64,000 nt of DNA, taken from Williopsis jadinii (lineage: Eukaryota). Of this stretch, positions 11,646 through 22,996 are shown piece by piece. The notes beneath the pieces are model-generated. The model was not told the DNA's origin, ran no database searches, and saw only the letters and a program-made list of their open reading frames with translations. Every line of letters begins with the position of its first letter. Position 1 is the first letter of the stretch. The stretch spans positions 1,984,001-2,048,000 of the forward strand of contig AP024666.1 in the NCBI GenBank assembly GCA_024346625.1, read 5' to 3'. A program made the position numbers and the translations under genes.

Positions 11646-13517
11646 ATGTCAGACAACGACTACCAAGACCTCGTCGTGAACGATTCCCTGCTTGTGGGTA
11701 AGCCCTTGCTGTACTTCACCACTGTCTTTGTCTCGACAGGTGTGTTGCTCTTTGGGTTCGAACAAGGTGTTATGTCTGGTCTGCTGACCAATGAACACTT
11801 CAAGGATTACTTTGCAAACCCTTCCAGCGCTGCGATTGGAACGATGGTTGCGATTTTGGAGATTGGAGCGTTGATATCGTCCTTGCTCGCTGGTAAGATC
11901 AGCGAGAAGATTGGTAGACGGAGAAGCATACGGTACGGGTCGTTCATCTTTGCAATTGGTGGAGCTATCCAGGCTCTGACGCCAAATTTCGTCGTGCTGA
12001 CCGTGGCACGGTTCATCTCAGGACTGGGAGTTGGTCTGCTGACCACGGTGGTGCCTGTCTATCAGAGTGAAATCAGTCCAAGCAAGCACCGTGGTCGATT
12101 GGCATGCGTTGAGTTCACGGGCAACATTGTCGGCTATGCCTCATCCGTGTGGGCAGATTACTTCTGCTCCTTCATAGAGGGCAACATGTCATGGAGAATA
12201 CCACTGTCGATCCAGTGCTGGATTGCGATCGCACTGTATCTCGGGTCCTTCGTCATTGTTGAGTCTCCAAGATGGCTGTTAAACCATGACCACGATGCCG
12301 AGGGCATCGTGGTGATTGCAGATCTAACCACAGGTGGTGATGTGCAAGATGAGAGGGCCAGAGCCGAGTACCGTGAGATCAAAGAGGCCGTGCTGCTCCA
12401 TAGATTGGAAGGTGAAAGCTCTTATAGATATATGTTCAAACGGTACAAGAGACGGGTTATAATTGCCATGTCCTCACAGGCATTCGCACAGCTGAACGGT
12501 ATCAATGTGATCTCATACTATGCGCCTCTGGTGTTCGAGCAGGCTGGATGGGTTGGACGTGATGCCCTGTTGATGACCGGGTACAACTCGGTCATCTATG
12601 TGCTCAGCACGATCCCACCATGGATCCTCGTTGATAAATGGGGCAGAAGACCAATCCTGTTGAGTGGAGCCATCGTGATGGGACTGGCGTTGACCTTCAT
12701 CTCATACGCAATGTACGTCAACACTGAAACCACTAGGCACGCCGTTGTCATCCTGGTTATCATCTTCAACGCAGGGTTTGGGTACTCGTTTGGCCCAATT
12801 CCATGGTTATATCCTCCAGAGATTGCTCCTCTGAGCATCCGTTCCAAAGTGGCATCGCTTTCAACTGCGTCGAATTGGGCATTCAACTGGCTTGTTGGTG
12901 AAATGACACCGATATTACAAGAATTGATCACGTGGAGATTGTACTTGATACACTCAACTTCCTGTTTCGTGTCGTTCTTTGTCGTCTACCTGTTCTACCC
13001 AGAGACTGCTGGAGTGAGCCTGGAAGACATGGATTCGATCTTCGACGATAGATCGTCAACCTTTTCGTTCCATGGATCAACAAACTACCAGCCAGTGGAC
13101 ACCGAGGCACAGCATTCAAGTGACGATAGATACCTTTCCGGGGCAGCTGTTGCAAGACAACAGGCTCTGGTTCAACCTAACACGGTTTACGATACATCAT
13201 CACAGCTACCTCCACCATTGGGACCATCGCTGGCGAGACAGAAGTCTGAGACGTCGTTCCGTCAGCAGCTAAACTCCTTCCAACAGGGCCATAGCTCGTC
13301 ACAGTTCAGTGTTGAGCCACCAGGGCTAGAGGAGATCGCCAAGTATAAGAACAGTGATCAAAACTCGATAACTACATCGTTGAGACGTGGCAGTGCTACA
13401 GTTAGTAGCATTGTCGGTAAAGTGTTGAACAAAAAATCTAAGCAAGATTCCACTGCTGGTGATGAAGAGGACCAAGCATTGACGAGTGACCAGGAATCTT
13501 CAAACTCTGCTCATTGA
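11646..13517 (+). CDS. MFS sugar-porter family transporter with long Ser-rich C-tail (YDL199C-like)
   Basis: FGFEQG, EKIGRR, PVYQSEISP..RG, VESPRWL, AQLNGINVISYY, DKWGRR, PETAGVSLEDMD; adjacent to TRM8, echoing S. cerevisiae YDL199C/YDL201W. Confidence 0.85.
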   Translation: MSDNDYQDLVVNDSLLVGKPLLYFTTVFVSTGVLLFGFEQGVMSGLLTNEHFKDYFANPSSAAIGTMVAILEIGALISSLLAGKISEKIGRRRSIRYGSFIFAIGGAIQALTPNFVVLTVARFISGLGVGLLTTVVPVYQSEISPSKHRGRLACVEFTGNIVGYASSVWADYFCSFIEGNMSWRIPLSIQCWIAIALYLGSFVIVESPRWLLNHDHDAEGIVVIADLTTGGDVQDERARAEYREIKEAVLLHRLEGESSYRYMFKRYKRRVIIAMSSQAFAQLNGINVISYYAPLVFEQAGWVGRDALLMTGYNSVIYVLSTIPPWILVDKWGRRPILLSGAIVMGLALTFISYAMYVNTETTRHAVVILVIIFNAGFGYSFGPIPWLYPPEIAPLSIRSKVASLSTASNWAFNWLVGEMTPILQELITWRLYLIHSTSCFVSFFVVYLFYPETAGVSLEDMDSIFDDRSSTFSFHGSTNYQPVDTEAQHSSDDRYLSGAAVARQQALVQPNTVYDTSSQLPPPLGPSLARQKSETSFRQQLNSFQQGHSSSQFSVEPPGLEEIAKYKNSDQNSITTSLRRGSATVSSIVGKVLNKKSKQDSTAGDEEDQALTSDQESSNSAH

Positions 13518-13548
13518 ATTAGACTTGATATATATTTTGTATATGTTT

Positions 13549-14463
<915 letters not shown>

Positions 14464-14511
14464 TCAACGGCCATTTATGTCTCATCCAGTAGAGAGCAGA
14501 AGAAGCGTGAA

Positions 14512-14726
14512 GAAAAAAATTTGCTCTGCCACTCATCGCCCGTGTCAATAAAAGAGAAGGAAATCCGAGGATAAGATCACATGATCGTGATCACCGCAAT
14601 TCCGTATTAAGCAATTGCCTATCTGGGACATAATCGCGTTTTTTCGTTTCTTTTTGTCTAAAACCTGTGATAGCCACACAGACAAGGTTTTGATCACAGG
14701 AGAAAAGAAAAGGCGAAAAAATTTTT
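14512..14726. promoter_or_regulatory. PAC and RRPE-like (ribosome biogenesis) motifs upstream of TRM8
   Basis: GCGATGAG on the minus strand at 14532-14539; GAAAAAAAATTT at 14512 and GAAAAAATTTTT at 14715. Confidence 0.6.
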
Positions 14727-16276
14727 GCGCATTTCACGTGCGCCTTATCAGTTTTTCTCTCAATAATCGCCGTGTAGCAAGAGCTTCCAAAGCTTCCAAC
14801 ATCAACAGAACGGGAAATGGGCAGCAGACAGCTGTGAAAGTGTCACGAGAAGTGATCCAGTAGTGCATTTCGGGCTTAGGACACTGAACTTCTGTAGTAT
14901 CGAACACTGTGTATGCTGCAGAGATGTAAGCAACCGTGTGGCCACTGAGGCCTGGCGACGATATCCTCGTTAGGGTACCTACATAATGTATAATACCGTA
15001 GGCTGAAGTGATTGGAAGCTCCACCTCGGATTATCAACACTTTTTTGGATGGAGCACAGATGGCGTAAACCGTTTCTCTGTGTGTTTCTCACAAGAAGCT
15101 GGGAGAGCTCCCAAGACGCGTGGATGCTTTATCTGGTCACATCCGTTATCTGCTGCCAACATTGGCAGCCTATAAGCACAGAGGGGTAGTGATGAGCATA
15201 CACCGCAAATGGCACGATGATTGGATCGAACCAGTCGTTTTCGCCAGCGTCGATATCAACGTGTAGGAGGCCAATAGAACAGGGTCATTCTATGGGAGGA
15301 CGACACTTGTGCTCACCGGTACATTCTGGTGGGCTCCTGTTCCTAAACCGTCAGTCCTCCACTGTAAAGGACAGCCTCTCGCGCACGACTAACAAAGAAG
15401 CAACAACTCCAACCATTTAGCTCCATTTGGGCATGTCACACGCACACACACCGTCTGTGTGTGTGTGTGTCATGTCATACGTTCCAATTGGCTCGTGGAA
15501 GCATTGGCTGATCGTTTCTTGTTCGCCGGATTCCAGCGCTTAAGCGCCTATTGGGACCTTTGGCACCACGTTACTGGACGCTTACACCAGCCTTATCTCA
15601 CTACGCCGCAACGGGCCAATGAAATTCCACAGGGGCCTTGGTAGTACAACCCCCATGATGTGGAGAGGAAGCAATCGGACCGCACAAGTGGCGCACGCAC
15701 GCCCCAACCGACCTCTCATCATTACCCAGGCAAGGCACTTTGAAGCGTCCATCAGGACCTAACAGCCTATAACTTGGTTCGTCCACGGGTCTGATCGGCG
15801 AGCCAGCACTTGAGCACATATGCAGCTGAGACAGACTTTGGCCTCACGGCACACACGCACAGTTTCACATCTTGAGCAGAGTGTTAGGGCTGCTGCTGAG
15901 CCCACAACGTTGCTTTGTTCTTGACGGCCTTCCACCGTGGAACGGGGATATATGCGCTATGCTCATGCCTGTGATCGTATGTCATACACTCCCAGCTCGC
16001 CAGCGTACGGATTTGGTGTAAGGACAATGAGATTGGAGCTCACACATCCAACCATATTCCGCCAGATTTGTTATCTGGCTATCTGCCTGCATCAAAGGTG
16101 TGAACGAGCATCACCACTCGTGCAACCGTTGATGATAAGTCGACGGTGATAACCTCACGTAGGAACCCTGGAACACATATATAGACGGCACATGCCACCT
16201 CTTGCGACTCCAGCCATGGTGATCTGTTTGTAGTCATTAGCAATCTATAGCACAAAGACTCGGTATAGATTAAACA

Positions 16277-18436
16277 ATGGTTCTTGAAGGTAACCCGCTG
16301 CCACAGGGCGCCGGTTACGGTATGGTTATTGGGCTCGGCGCCGTGTTCTCCATCGGTATGATCTCCATCACCAAGATGTTGAAGCGTTACCAGAAGGAGA
16401 TCATGACCGCTGAGGAGTTTGCCACCGCTGGTCGTTCCGTGAAGACCTCTTTGATCGCAGCCGCGGTGGTGTCCTCCTGGACTTGGGCAGCTACGCTGCT
16501 CACCTCCACCACGCAGGCGTACAAGAACGGTGTCTCCGGTGGTTACTGGTACGGTGCCGGTGCCTGTGTGCAGGTTATCCTGTTTGCAACGCTGGCCACC
16601 AAGGCCAAGCAGATTGCGCCAGAGGCCCACACCTTCTTGGAGATCATCAAAGGAAGATACGGTACGATTGGCCACTGTGTGTACATCTACTATGGAATGG
16701 CCACAAACATCCTGGTTACCGCGATGCTTTTGACCGGTGCCTCCGCAACCATCAACTTCCTCACTGGAATGGATACGATTGCTGCGATCTTCCTTTTGCC
16801 GCTAGGTGTCGTTGCGTATATCATCTACGGTGGTATCAAGTCTGTGTTCCTTACAGACTATATCCACACGATTGTGATCATTGTCATTCTTTTGCTGTTT
16901 GCCTTTGAGGTGTTTGCAACAAACAGCTTGCTGGGCTCGCCAGGCATCGTTTGGGACAAGCTGACAGAGCTCCAGGCGACAAAGCCGGTTCCAAGAAACC
17001 ACGAGGGCTCTTATTTGACCTTCCAGTCGCACAACGGTGGTATCTTCTTGGTGATTAACCTGTGTGGTAACTTTGCCGCTGTTTTCATGGATAACGGTTA
17101 CTGGCAAAAGGCCATCTCCGCTTCTCCAGCTTCTGCTCTACCAGGTTACGTTCTTGGTGGTTTGGCATGGATTGCAATCCCAGTCCTTGTCTCCACCACC
17201 ATGGGGTTGGCTTGTAGAGCTTTGGAATCGAACCCAGAGTTCCCATACTACCCAGGTTTGTCTACTGACCAAGTTAACGCTGGTCTTGTTTTGCCAGCTA
17301 CAGCGTACACTTTGCTCGGTAAAGGTGGTGCTGTGGCTTCCCTGCTGCTTGTCTTTATGGCCTTTACATCTGCCATGTCTGCTGAAGTCATTTCTGTCTC
17401 CTCTATCTTTACTTACGATATCTACAGATCTTATTTCAACCCAACAGCCTCCGGTAAACAGCTGATGTGGGCCAACTACGCTTCTGTTTGTCTCTTTACA
17501 CTTGCCATGTGTGGTTTTGGTATCGGATTGTACGAGTCTGATGTTTCTCTTGGTTGGCTCTATAACTTTATGGGTGTCATCATTGCCTCTGCTGTGGTGC
17601 CAGCTACCCTTTCATTGTTCTGGTCCAGAATGAACCTATTGGCTGTTACTGTTTCTCCAATCTTTGGTTCCATTGTTGCCATCTGTGGCTGGATTGGTGC
17701 TGCAAAGGGTCTCTACGGTGAAGTCAACTATGACAACCTGTTTGAAGATAATGTCATGCTTACAGGTAACTTGCTTGCGCTTTGCACACCAGCTCTTGTT
17801 ATTCCATTCTTTGTCTACTTATTCCCAGAGGAGCCATTTGATTTCGAGACTTTGAAACACACCATCTACAGAGTTGATGAGACTGAAGAGATCATGGAAG
17901 CTGAAGGTGAGTTACCAGAAGAGGGTGACACGGAGAAGAACTTGGCTCCTGTGCAATCCGTTGCCACGATCGGTCACAGAATGGGTATGGAACATAAGGC
18001 AGAATTGTTGGCCAAGGAACAAGCTGAGCTGAAGAGGGCCTCAAAGATTGGTGGTTATTTGACCATTGCGTTGTTCCTCATCTTCATCATCTTGTTACCA
18101 ATGCCAATGTTCGGTACAGGCTACATCTTTTCCAAGAGATTCTTCACAGGCTGGGTCGTTGTTTGGATCATCTGGATGTTCTACACTGCGTTCCTCGTCT
18201 GTATCTTCCCATTGTGGCAAGGTAGACACGGTATCTACACAACCTGTAGAGGTATCTACTGGGATCTCTCTGGTCAGACTCACAAGTTGAGAGAATGGCA
18301 AGAAGAGCATCCTGAGGAGCTGCACGTTGTTCAGAGTCAGATCAGTGCTGCTATCCACGAGGAGCACCTTGACGCCATTGGCAACATCGACGATGCCTTG
18401 GATAGCACTTCCGATGATATCTCTAAGGCCAAGTGA
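16277..18436 (+). CDS. DUR3: Urea/polyamine transporter (SSS family)
   Basis: LPQGAGYG, EEFATAGRSVKT, VVSSWTWAATLL, FLTDYIHT, DNGYWQKAI; GATAAG at 16133 upstream (nitrogen-catabolite GATA site). Confidence 0.93.
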   Translation: MVLEGNPLPQGAGYGMVIGLGAVFSIGMISITKMLKRYQKEIMTAEEFATAGRSVKTSLIAAAVVSSWTWAATLLTSTTQAYKNGVSGGYWYGAGACVQVILFATLATKAKQIAPEAHTFLEIIKGRYGTIGHCVYIYYGMATNILVTAMLLTGASATINFLTGMDTIAAIFLLPLGVVAYIIYGGIKSVFLTDYIHTIVIIVILLLFAFEVFATNSLLGSPGIVWDKLTELQATKPVPRNHEGSYLTFQSHNGGIFLVINLCGNFAAVFMDNGYWQKAISASPASALPGYVLGGLAWIAIPVLVSTTMGLACRALESNPEFPYYPGLSTDQVNAGLVLPATAYTLLGKGGAVASLLLVFMAFTSAMSAEVISVSSIFTYDIYRSYFNPTASGKQLMWANYASVCLFTLAMCGFGIGLYESDVSLGWLYNFMGVIIASAVVPATLSLFWSRMNLLAVTVSPIFGSIVAICGWIGAAKGLYGEVNYDNLFEDNVMLTGNLLALCTPALVIPFFVYLFPEEPFDFETLKHTIYRVDETEEIMEAEGELPEEGDTEKNLAPVQSVATIGHRMGMEHKAELLAKEQAELKRASKIGGYLTIALFLIFIILLPMPMFGTGYIFSKRFFTGWVVVWIIWMFYTAFLVCIFPLWQGRHGIYTTCRGIYWDLSGQTHKLREWQEEHPEELHVVQSQISAAIHEEHLDAIGNIDDALDSTSDDISKAK

Positions 18437-19129
18437 GTTTTGTTATATCTTTTCTTCTTTTTTTTACATTTTTATATATGATTTTAAGCTGAGTTTTGTT
18501 TTATTAAAGGCATTGGACCACTTGTAATGAGCTTCATTGTTGTATATATGCTTCAAGCCTGTGAATGGAGTGTTATAACCATGACAACCAATATCCAAAG
18601 ATATGCCTTAAAACGGAAAAATACACAAATCTGTGTCACATAACATCCACACACCACTACTAATCTTGAATGATGTCACCCCGTTGTTATCTCTCGCCAG
18701 CGTCGGGAGGGGGAGAACAAGGCGGATAAACCACGCCTTAAACATATTCCGTTACTGTGGAAACCTTAACCGCTGCCTACTTCCCCCCCCCGTCTGCCAC
18801 AAAAGCAAAAAACGCAATCTGTTTCGGTCTGTGTCATCTCCGCTGTAATTTTCCATCACCAAAGCTGAAACCTACAAAACCCTTGTGGGCTTACACATGG
18901 ATAAAAGCAAAACATAACGAAAAATAAAAGGACGAGAACAACAAGGGTGAGTGCGGCGGTTAAAATATTGCAAGGGTTTTACAGACGCTGACTATTTAAT
19001 TAGAGAACTTGTTTGAGATAATTAGGCTGATTTGTTAGGTTTGCTCCCTCTGGCTCCCCCCTTTACTACGAGTTATTGCTTGATCCTTTGTTTTCCCATT
19101 AAAGGACATCCTTTTGGCGAACGGAAAGT

Positions 19130-22100
19130 ATGGAGACAAAGGAAACTGCTTCACGAGAGGAGAGAGGTTCACAGAGGTCCTTGCGGAAGAGCGTCCATGA
19201 ACCGCTACGCCGAACGCTGTCTCCAATAGCGTCGGCAGGGATCTCAGCGGGCGGTTCTGCTGCTGGTTTGGTGGTTAGAGGAGCAACACCGCTGGCCAGG
19301 TCCATATCAAAGAGGATTGCTCCACGGCGGCTGAGTGATAGTGCCAGTGACTCCTCCAACGATGACTATGCCAGGCCGGCACAGATGGCAAAGAGCTTTG
19401 TTTCGATCTTGACAACTGCCTCTATGTACAGCGGTAACGTTACAGATCTCGCTACAGAGGATTTGATGGCGTTGAGAGAGAACACCATTGAGCATGACGA
19501 TGGCCATGAGCCGCTTGATTATGAACCGGGTGAACACTCACAGTCTCAGACCGATGAGACAGATAAGGAGAGTGTAGCGGATTCTCAGTTATCTGCTGAG
19601 TCTGCACCCCCTATTCAAGGTTCTATCTTTGAGCTGTCTATGGAGAGGAAACTCTCTTTGAAAGGGTCGACAGAGGATCTGAAGAGCAGGGCAGTTACAA
19701 TATGTCAAAAGCTAGCGGAGAAATTCGACGTGAAGGAAGACGATACGTTTATCGATGAGTACTCGTGTTGGCTTCTGAAGGATGTATTGCTTCAGGGACA
19801 TATCTACTTGACCAAGTCATATCTCTTATTCTTAGCAATTTTACCAAAGACATCATTAGAGAGAAGCACCTTATCGGGAAGCTTGGCAATGGAGACACTG
19901 CCCTCAAGGTTGTCACGCTATTGGGCTGTCTTGAAGAACCATACTTTGACATTCTATCCAAAATCAACCGATTTGTACTTTCCTTCGTTGACAATAGATT
20001 TGAGAAATGCTATTAAAGCTCAAATCATCCCCGATTCCAAAGCCCCACCAGATGCTGCAGAGAAGGATACGAGCTGGTTTAAAGTCATAACAGAAACAAG
20101 AACGTATAAATTCCAAGCAGACTCACCAAATAATGCAAGATCCTGGGTAGGAAGGTTGAAGAAACAGATATTTACAATCAGGAACAACGGTGACTGCGTC
20201 ACTGTGAAGATCCCGTTGCAAAACATTATCGATGCAGAGGAAACTCCAATCTTTGAACCTGCAGAAACAATTAGGCTTCATGTTTTGGAAAGTGGCCAAA
20301 GTTTTGCCTATGACGACTACTTCTTTATGTTCTTCAAATCTGGTCCCGAGGCTTTTAAGGCCATAACACATGCAGCTGACGAGGTTAAACAGACGGAAGA
20401 GGGAGCAACTCCCGCATTATTATCAGATAGTACTGTTAAGCTTGATGTCCAACAGAAGACACGTTCGTTTAACCCTTTGAAACATGTCTTTAGATCGCAT
20501 AATGGCGAGTTCTCTGCTCCAGGGTCACCAGCCTCTAGAAGTTTACAAAACGTGGCTGAAGTTCCAAATTCCCCAAGTATGCCAATACTGTCAAGATCAA
20601 CATCTTCGTTTACAAATGAACAGACTGTTGCTCAAATTATTCCTGCATCGCAACAGGATGATGACAACATCGAGGAGATCCCAGACGATATTTTGTCGGA
20701 TGATGAACCAGACGAATCTATATCAGATGATGTTGCTTCAGCATCATCTAAGAACCACCGGTTTAATCCTTTAAGGCCTGTAAATCATGCTAGGAATACA
20801 ATCTCAAGATGGACCCCACAGTTTATCAAATCTGCTTCTTCAATGTGGAACGCAAATATTGTTCACTATGCTGAAAAGAATTCACTCGAAAGGGGTTCTG
20901 AAGATGACGAATTCCTCGCCACTAATGCTGAGACCGTTAGAATGACTAAAAGATTTCAAAACCATTTTTCATTGGCGGATTCAGATCATCTTATTGCGAC
21001 TTATTATTGTTATCTTCATAGAAACATTCCGATGTACGGTAAAGTTTACTTGGGTGAAAAGGAAATTTGTTACAGAGGTTTGGTTCCAGGTTTCCATACA
21101 AAGATGATATTACCGTATTCTGATATTGAGAATTGTTATAAGGAGAAAGGATTTAAGTTTGGATACTTTGGATTGGTGGTGGTTATTCAAGGCCATGAGG
21201 AGCTGTTTTTAGAGTTCAGTTCAAGCTCTGCCCGTGATGATTGTGAATACCTTTTATTAAAACAGCTAGAATCATCACCAAGTGACTCCTCTTCTCAAGC
21301 TGAACAAGGTGAATCTCAATTAAGCTCGAGTAAGAAATTGGAAGCATCAAAGATCAAGTTCATCGAGGATAAGATTCATTCGGAGGCTGGCTTGCACATT
21401 CCAATCATCATTGAAGATCATCCACTTGTGACTACTAAATTGAAGCCCACAAAGTCTCACAAGATTACTTTGATGACCATTGGATCCAGAGGAGATGTCC
21501 AGCCATATATAGCGTTGGGTCTTGGTTTGAAAGCTGAGGGACATGAGGTCACAATTGCCACACACGCAGAATTTGGTGATTGGATCAAGAAACATGGATT
21601 ACGCTTTGTTGAAATCGCCGGAAATCCAACCGAGTTAATGTCTTTGATGGTGACACATGGTTCTATGAATGTTGGTTTCATGCGTGAAGCCAGCAGTAAG
21701 TTTCGTGGATGGATCACTGAGTTGTTGAAGACTAGCTGGGAGGCATGTCAAGGAACCGAACTATTGATTGAATCACCATCCGCAATGGCTGGTGTGCATA
21801 TCGCGGAAGCATTGGGAATTCCATATATGAGAGCCTTTACTATGCCATGGACAAGAACCAGGGCTTATCCACATGCATTTATCGTTCCAGATGAAAAAAG
21901 AGGGGGAAGTTATAACTACCTGACCCATGTTCTCTTTGAGAATGTCTTTTGGAGAGGTATTAGTGGACAAATAAACAAGTGGAGACAGGAGACTTTGAAA
22001 CTACCCAAGACTAATTTAGATCTTCTTGAACAGAACAAAATCCCCTTTATGTACAATGTGTCACCAACTGTTTTACCACCACCTGTTGATTTCAACGATT

Positions 22101-22888
22101 GGGTTAAAGTCACTGGTTACTGGTTTTTAGATGAAGCTGTCACCTATGACCCTCCGAAAGCATTACTTGACTTTATGCAAAAGGCTAGGGATGACGGCAA
22201 GAAGCTCGTGTATATTGGATTTGGATCCATTGTTGTCTCCAATCCAAAGGAATTAACACAGTCCGTTGTTGATGCTGTTGTGAAGGCAGACGTCCGTTGT
22301 ATCTTGAACAAAGGTTGGTCTGAGAGACTTGGTGGGAGCTCAAGTGTCGAAGTTGAGCTTCCAGATGAGATTTATAACTCTGGCTCTTTACCACACGATT
22401 GGTTATTCCCACAGATCGATGCTGCGGTGCACCACGGAGGTTCTGGAACCACTGGAGCCACGCTTCGCGCAGGATTACCAACCATTATCAAACCATTTTT
22501 CGGAGATCAGTTCTTCTATGCCAATAGAGTTGAAGATATTGGTGCTGGTATTGGGCTTCGTAAATTGAATGTTAAGACCCTTTCAAAGGCCCTAAAGGAT
22601 GCAACTACTGATCAAAGGATGATTTCTAAAGCCAAGGCCATTGGTGAACGTATTAGAAAAGAGAATGGTGTCCAGGATGCCATAAATGTGATTTATCGTG
22701 ATGTCGAATATGCCAAGGCGTTGATCATGAAGAAACGTGAATCATGGCCTACGAATAATGCTACCGTTGAACATAAGGACCCTGCCGAGGAAGAAATGGA
22801 GACAGAAAAGTTGTTAAGCCGTATGATGACTGCAAGCGCAAGTTCTGATTCTGCATTGAGTGGCAATGCTTCCTGGTTAGTGTTATGA
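19130..22888 (+). CDS. ATG26: Sterol 3-beta-glucosyltransferase (GRAM, PH and UGT domains)
   Basis: CWLLKDVLLQGHIYLT, PH domain, second GRAM domain, TIGSRGDVQPY, ESPSAMAG, PHDWLFP..VHHGGSGTTG, PFFGDQ. Confidence 0.95.
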   Translation: METKETASREERGSQRSLRKSVHEPLRRTLSPIASAGISAGGSAAGLVVRGATPLARSISKRIAPRRLSDSASDSSNDDYARPAQMAKSFVSILTTASMYSGNVTDLATEDLMALRENTIEHDDGHEPLDYEPGEHSQSQTDETDKESVADSQLSAESAPPIQGSIFELSMERKLSLKGSTEDLKSRAVTICQKLAEKFDVKEDDTFIDEYSCWLLKDVLLQGHIYLTKSYLLFLAILPKTSLERSTLSGSLAMETLPSRLSRYWAVLKNHTLTFYPKSTDLYFPSLTIDLRNAIKAQIIPDSKAPPDAAEKDTSWFKVITETRTYKFQADSPNNARSWVGRLKKQIFTIRNNGDCVTVKIPLQNIIDAEETPIFEPAETIRLHVLESGQSFAYDDYFFMFFKSGPEAFKAITHAADEVKQTEEGATPALLSDSTVKLDVQQKTRSFNPLKHVFRSHNGEFSAPGSPASRSLQNVAEVPNSPSMPILSRSTSSFTNEQTVAQIIPASQQDDDNIEEIPDDILSDDEPDESISDDVASASSKNHRFNPLRPVNHARNTISRWTPQFIKSASSMWNANIVHYAEKNSLERGSEDDEFLATNAETVRMTKRFQNHFSLADSDHLIATYYCYLHRNIPMYGKVYLGEKEICYRGLVPGFHTKMILPYSDIENCYKEKGFKFGYFGLVVVIQGHEELFLEFSSSSARDDCEYLLLKQLESSPSDSSSQAEQGESQLSSSKKLEASKIKFIEDKIHSEAGLHIPIIIEDHPLVTTKLKPTKSHKITLMTIGSRGDVQPYIALGLGLKAEGHEVTIATHAEFGDWIKKHGLRFVEIAGNPTELMSLMVTHGSMNVGFMREASSKFRGWITELLKTSWEACQGTELLIESPSAMAGVHIAEALGIPYMRAFTMPWTRTRAYPHAFIVPDEKRGGSYNYLTHVLFENVFWRGISGQINKWRQETLKLPKTNLDLLEQNKIPFMYNVSPTVLPPPVDFNDWVKVTGYWFLDEAVTYDPPKALLDFMQKARDDGKKLVYIGFGSIVVSNPKELTQSVVDAVVKADVRCILNKGWSERLGGSSSVEVELPDEIYNSGSLPHDWLFPQIDAAVHHGGSGTTGATLRAGLPTIIKPFFGDQFFYANRVEDIGAGIGLRKLNVKTLSKALKDATTDQRMISKAKAIGERIRKENGVQDAINVIYRDVEYAKALIMKKRESWPTNNATVEHKDPAEEEMETEKLLSRMMTASASSDSALSGNASWLVL

Positions 22889-22996
22889 GCTTTCTTCACT
22901 CTTTTTCTTCTCTTTGATAATTGATTTATTTGTTTTCACTTCTTATTTTTTAACAATGGATTTATTTGTTTCCATTACTTATTGCTATGATTATCT

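Noticed and set aside
15215..15300. B-box-like GGTTCGATCC on the minus strand, possible tRNA
   Set aside because: No acceptor stem, D-arm or anticodon arm could be folded around it
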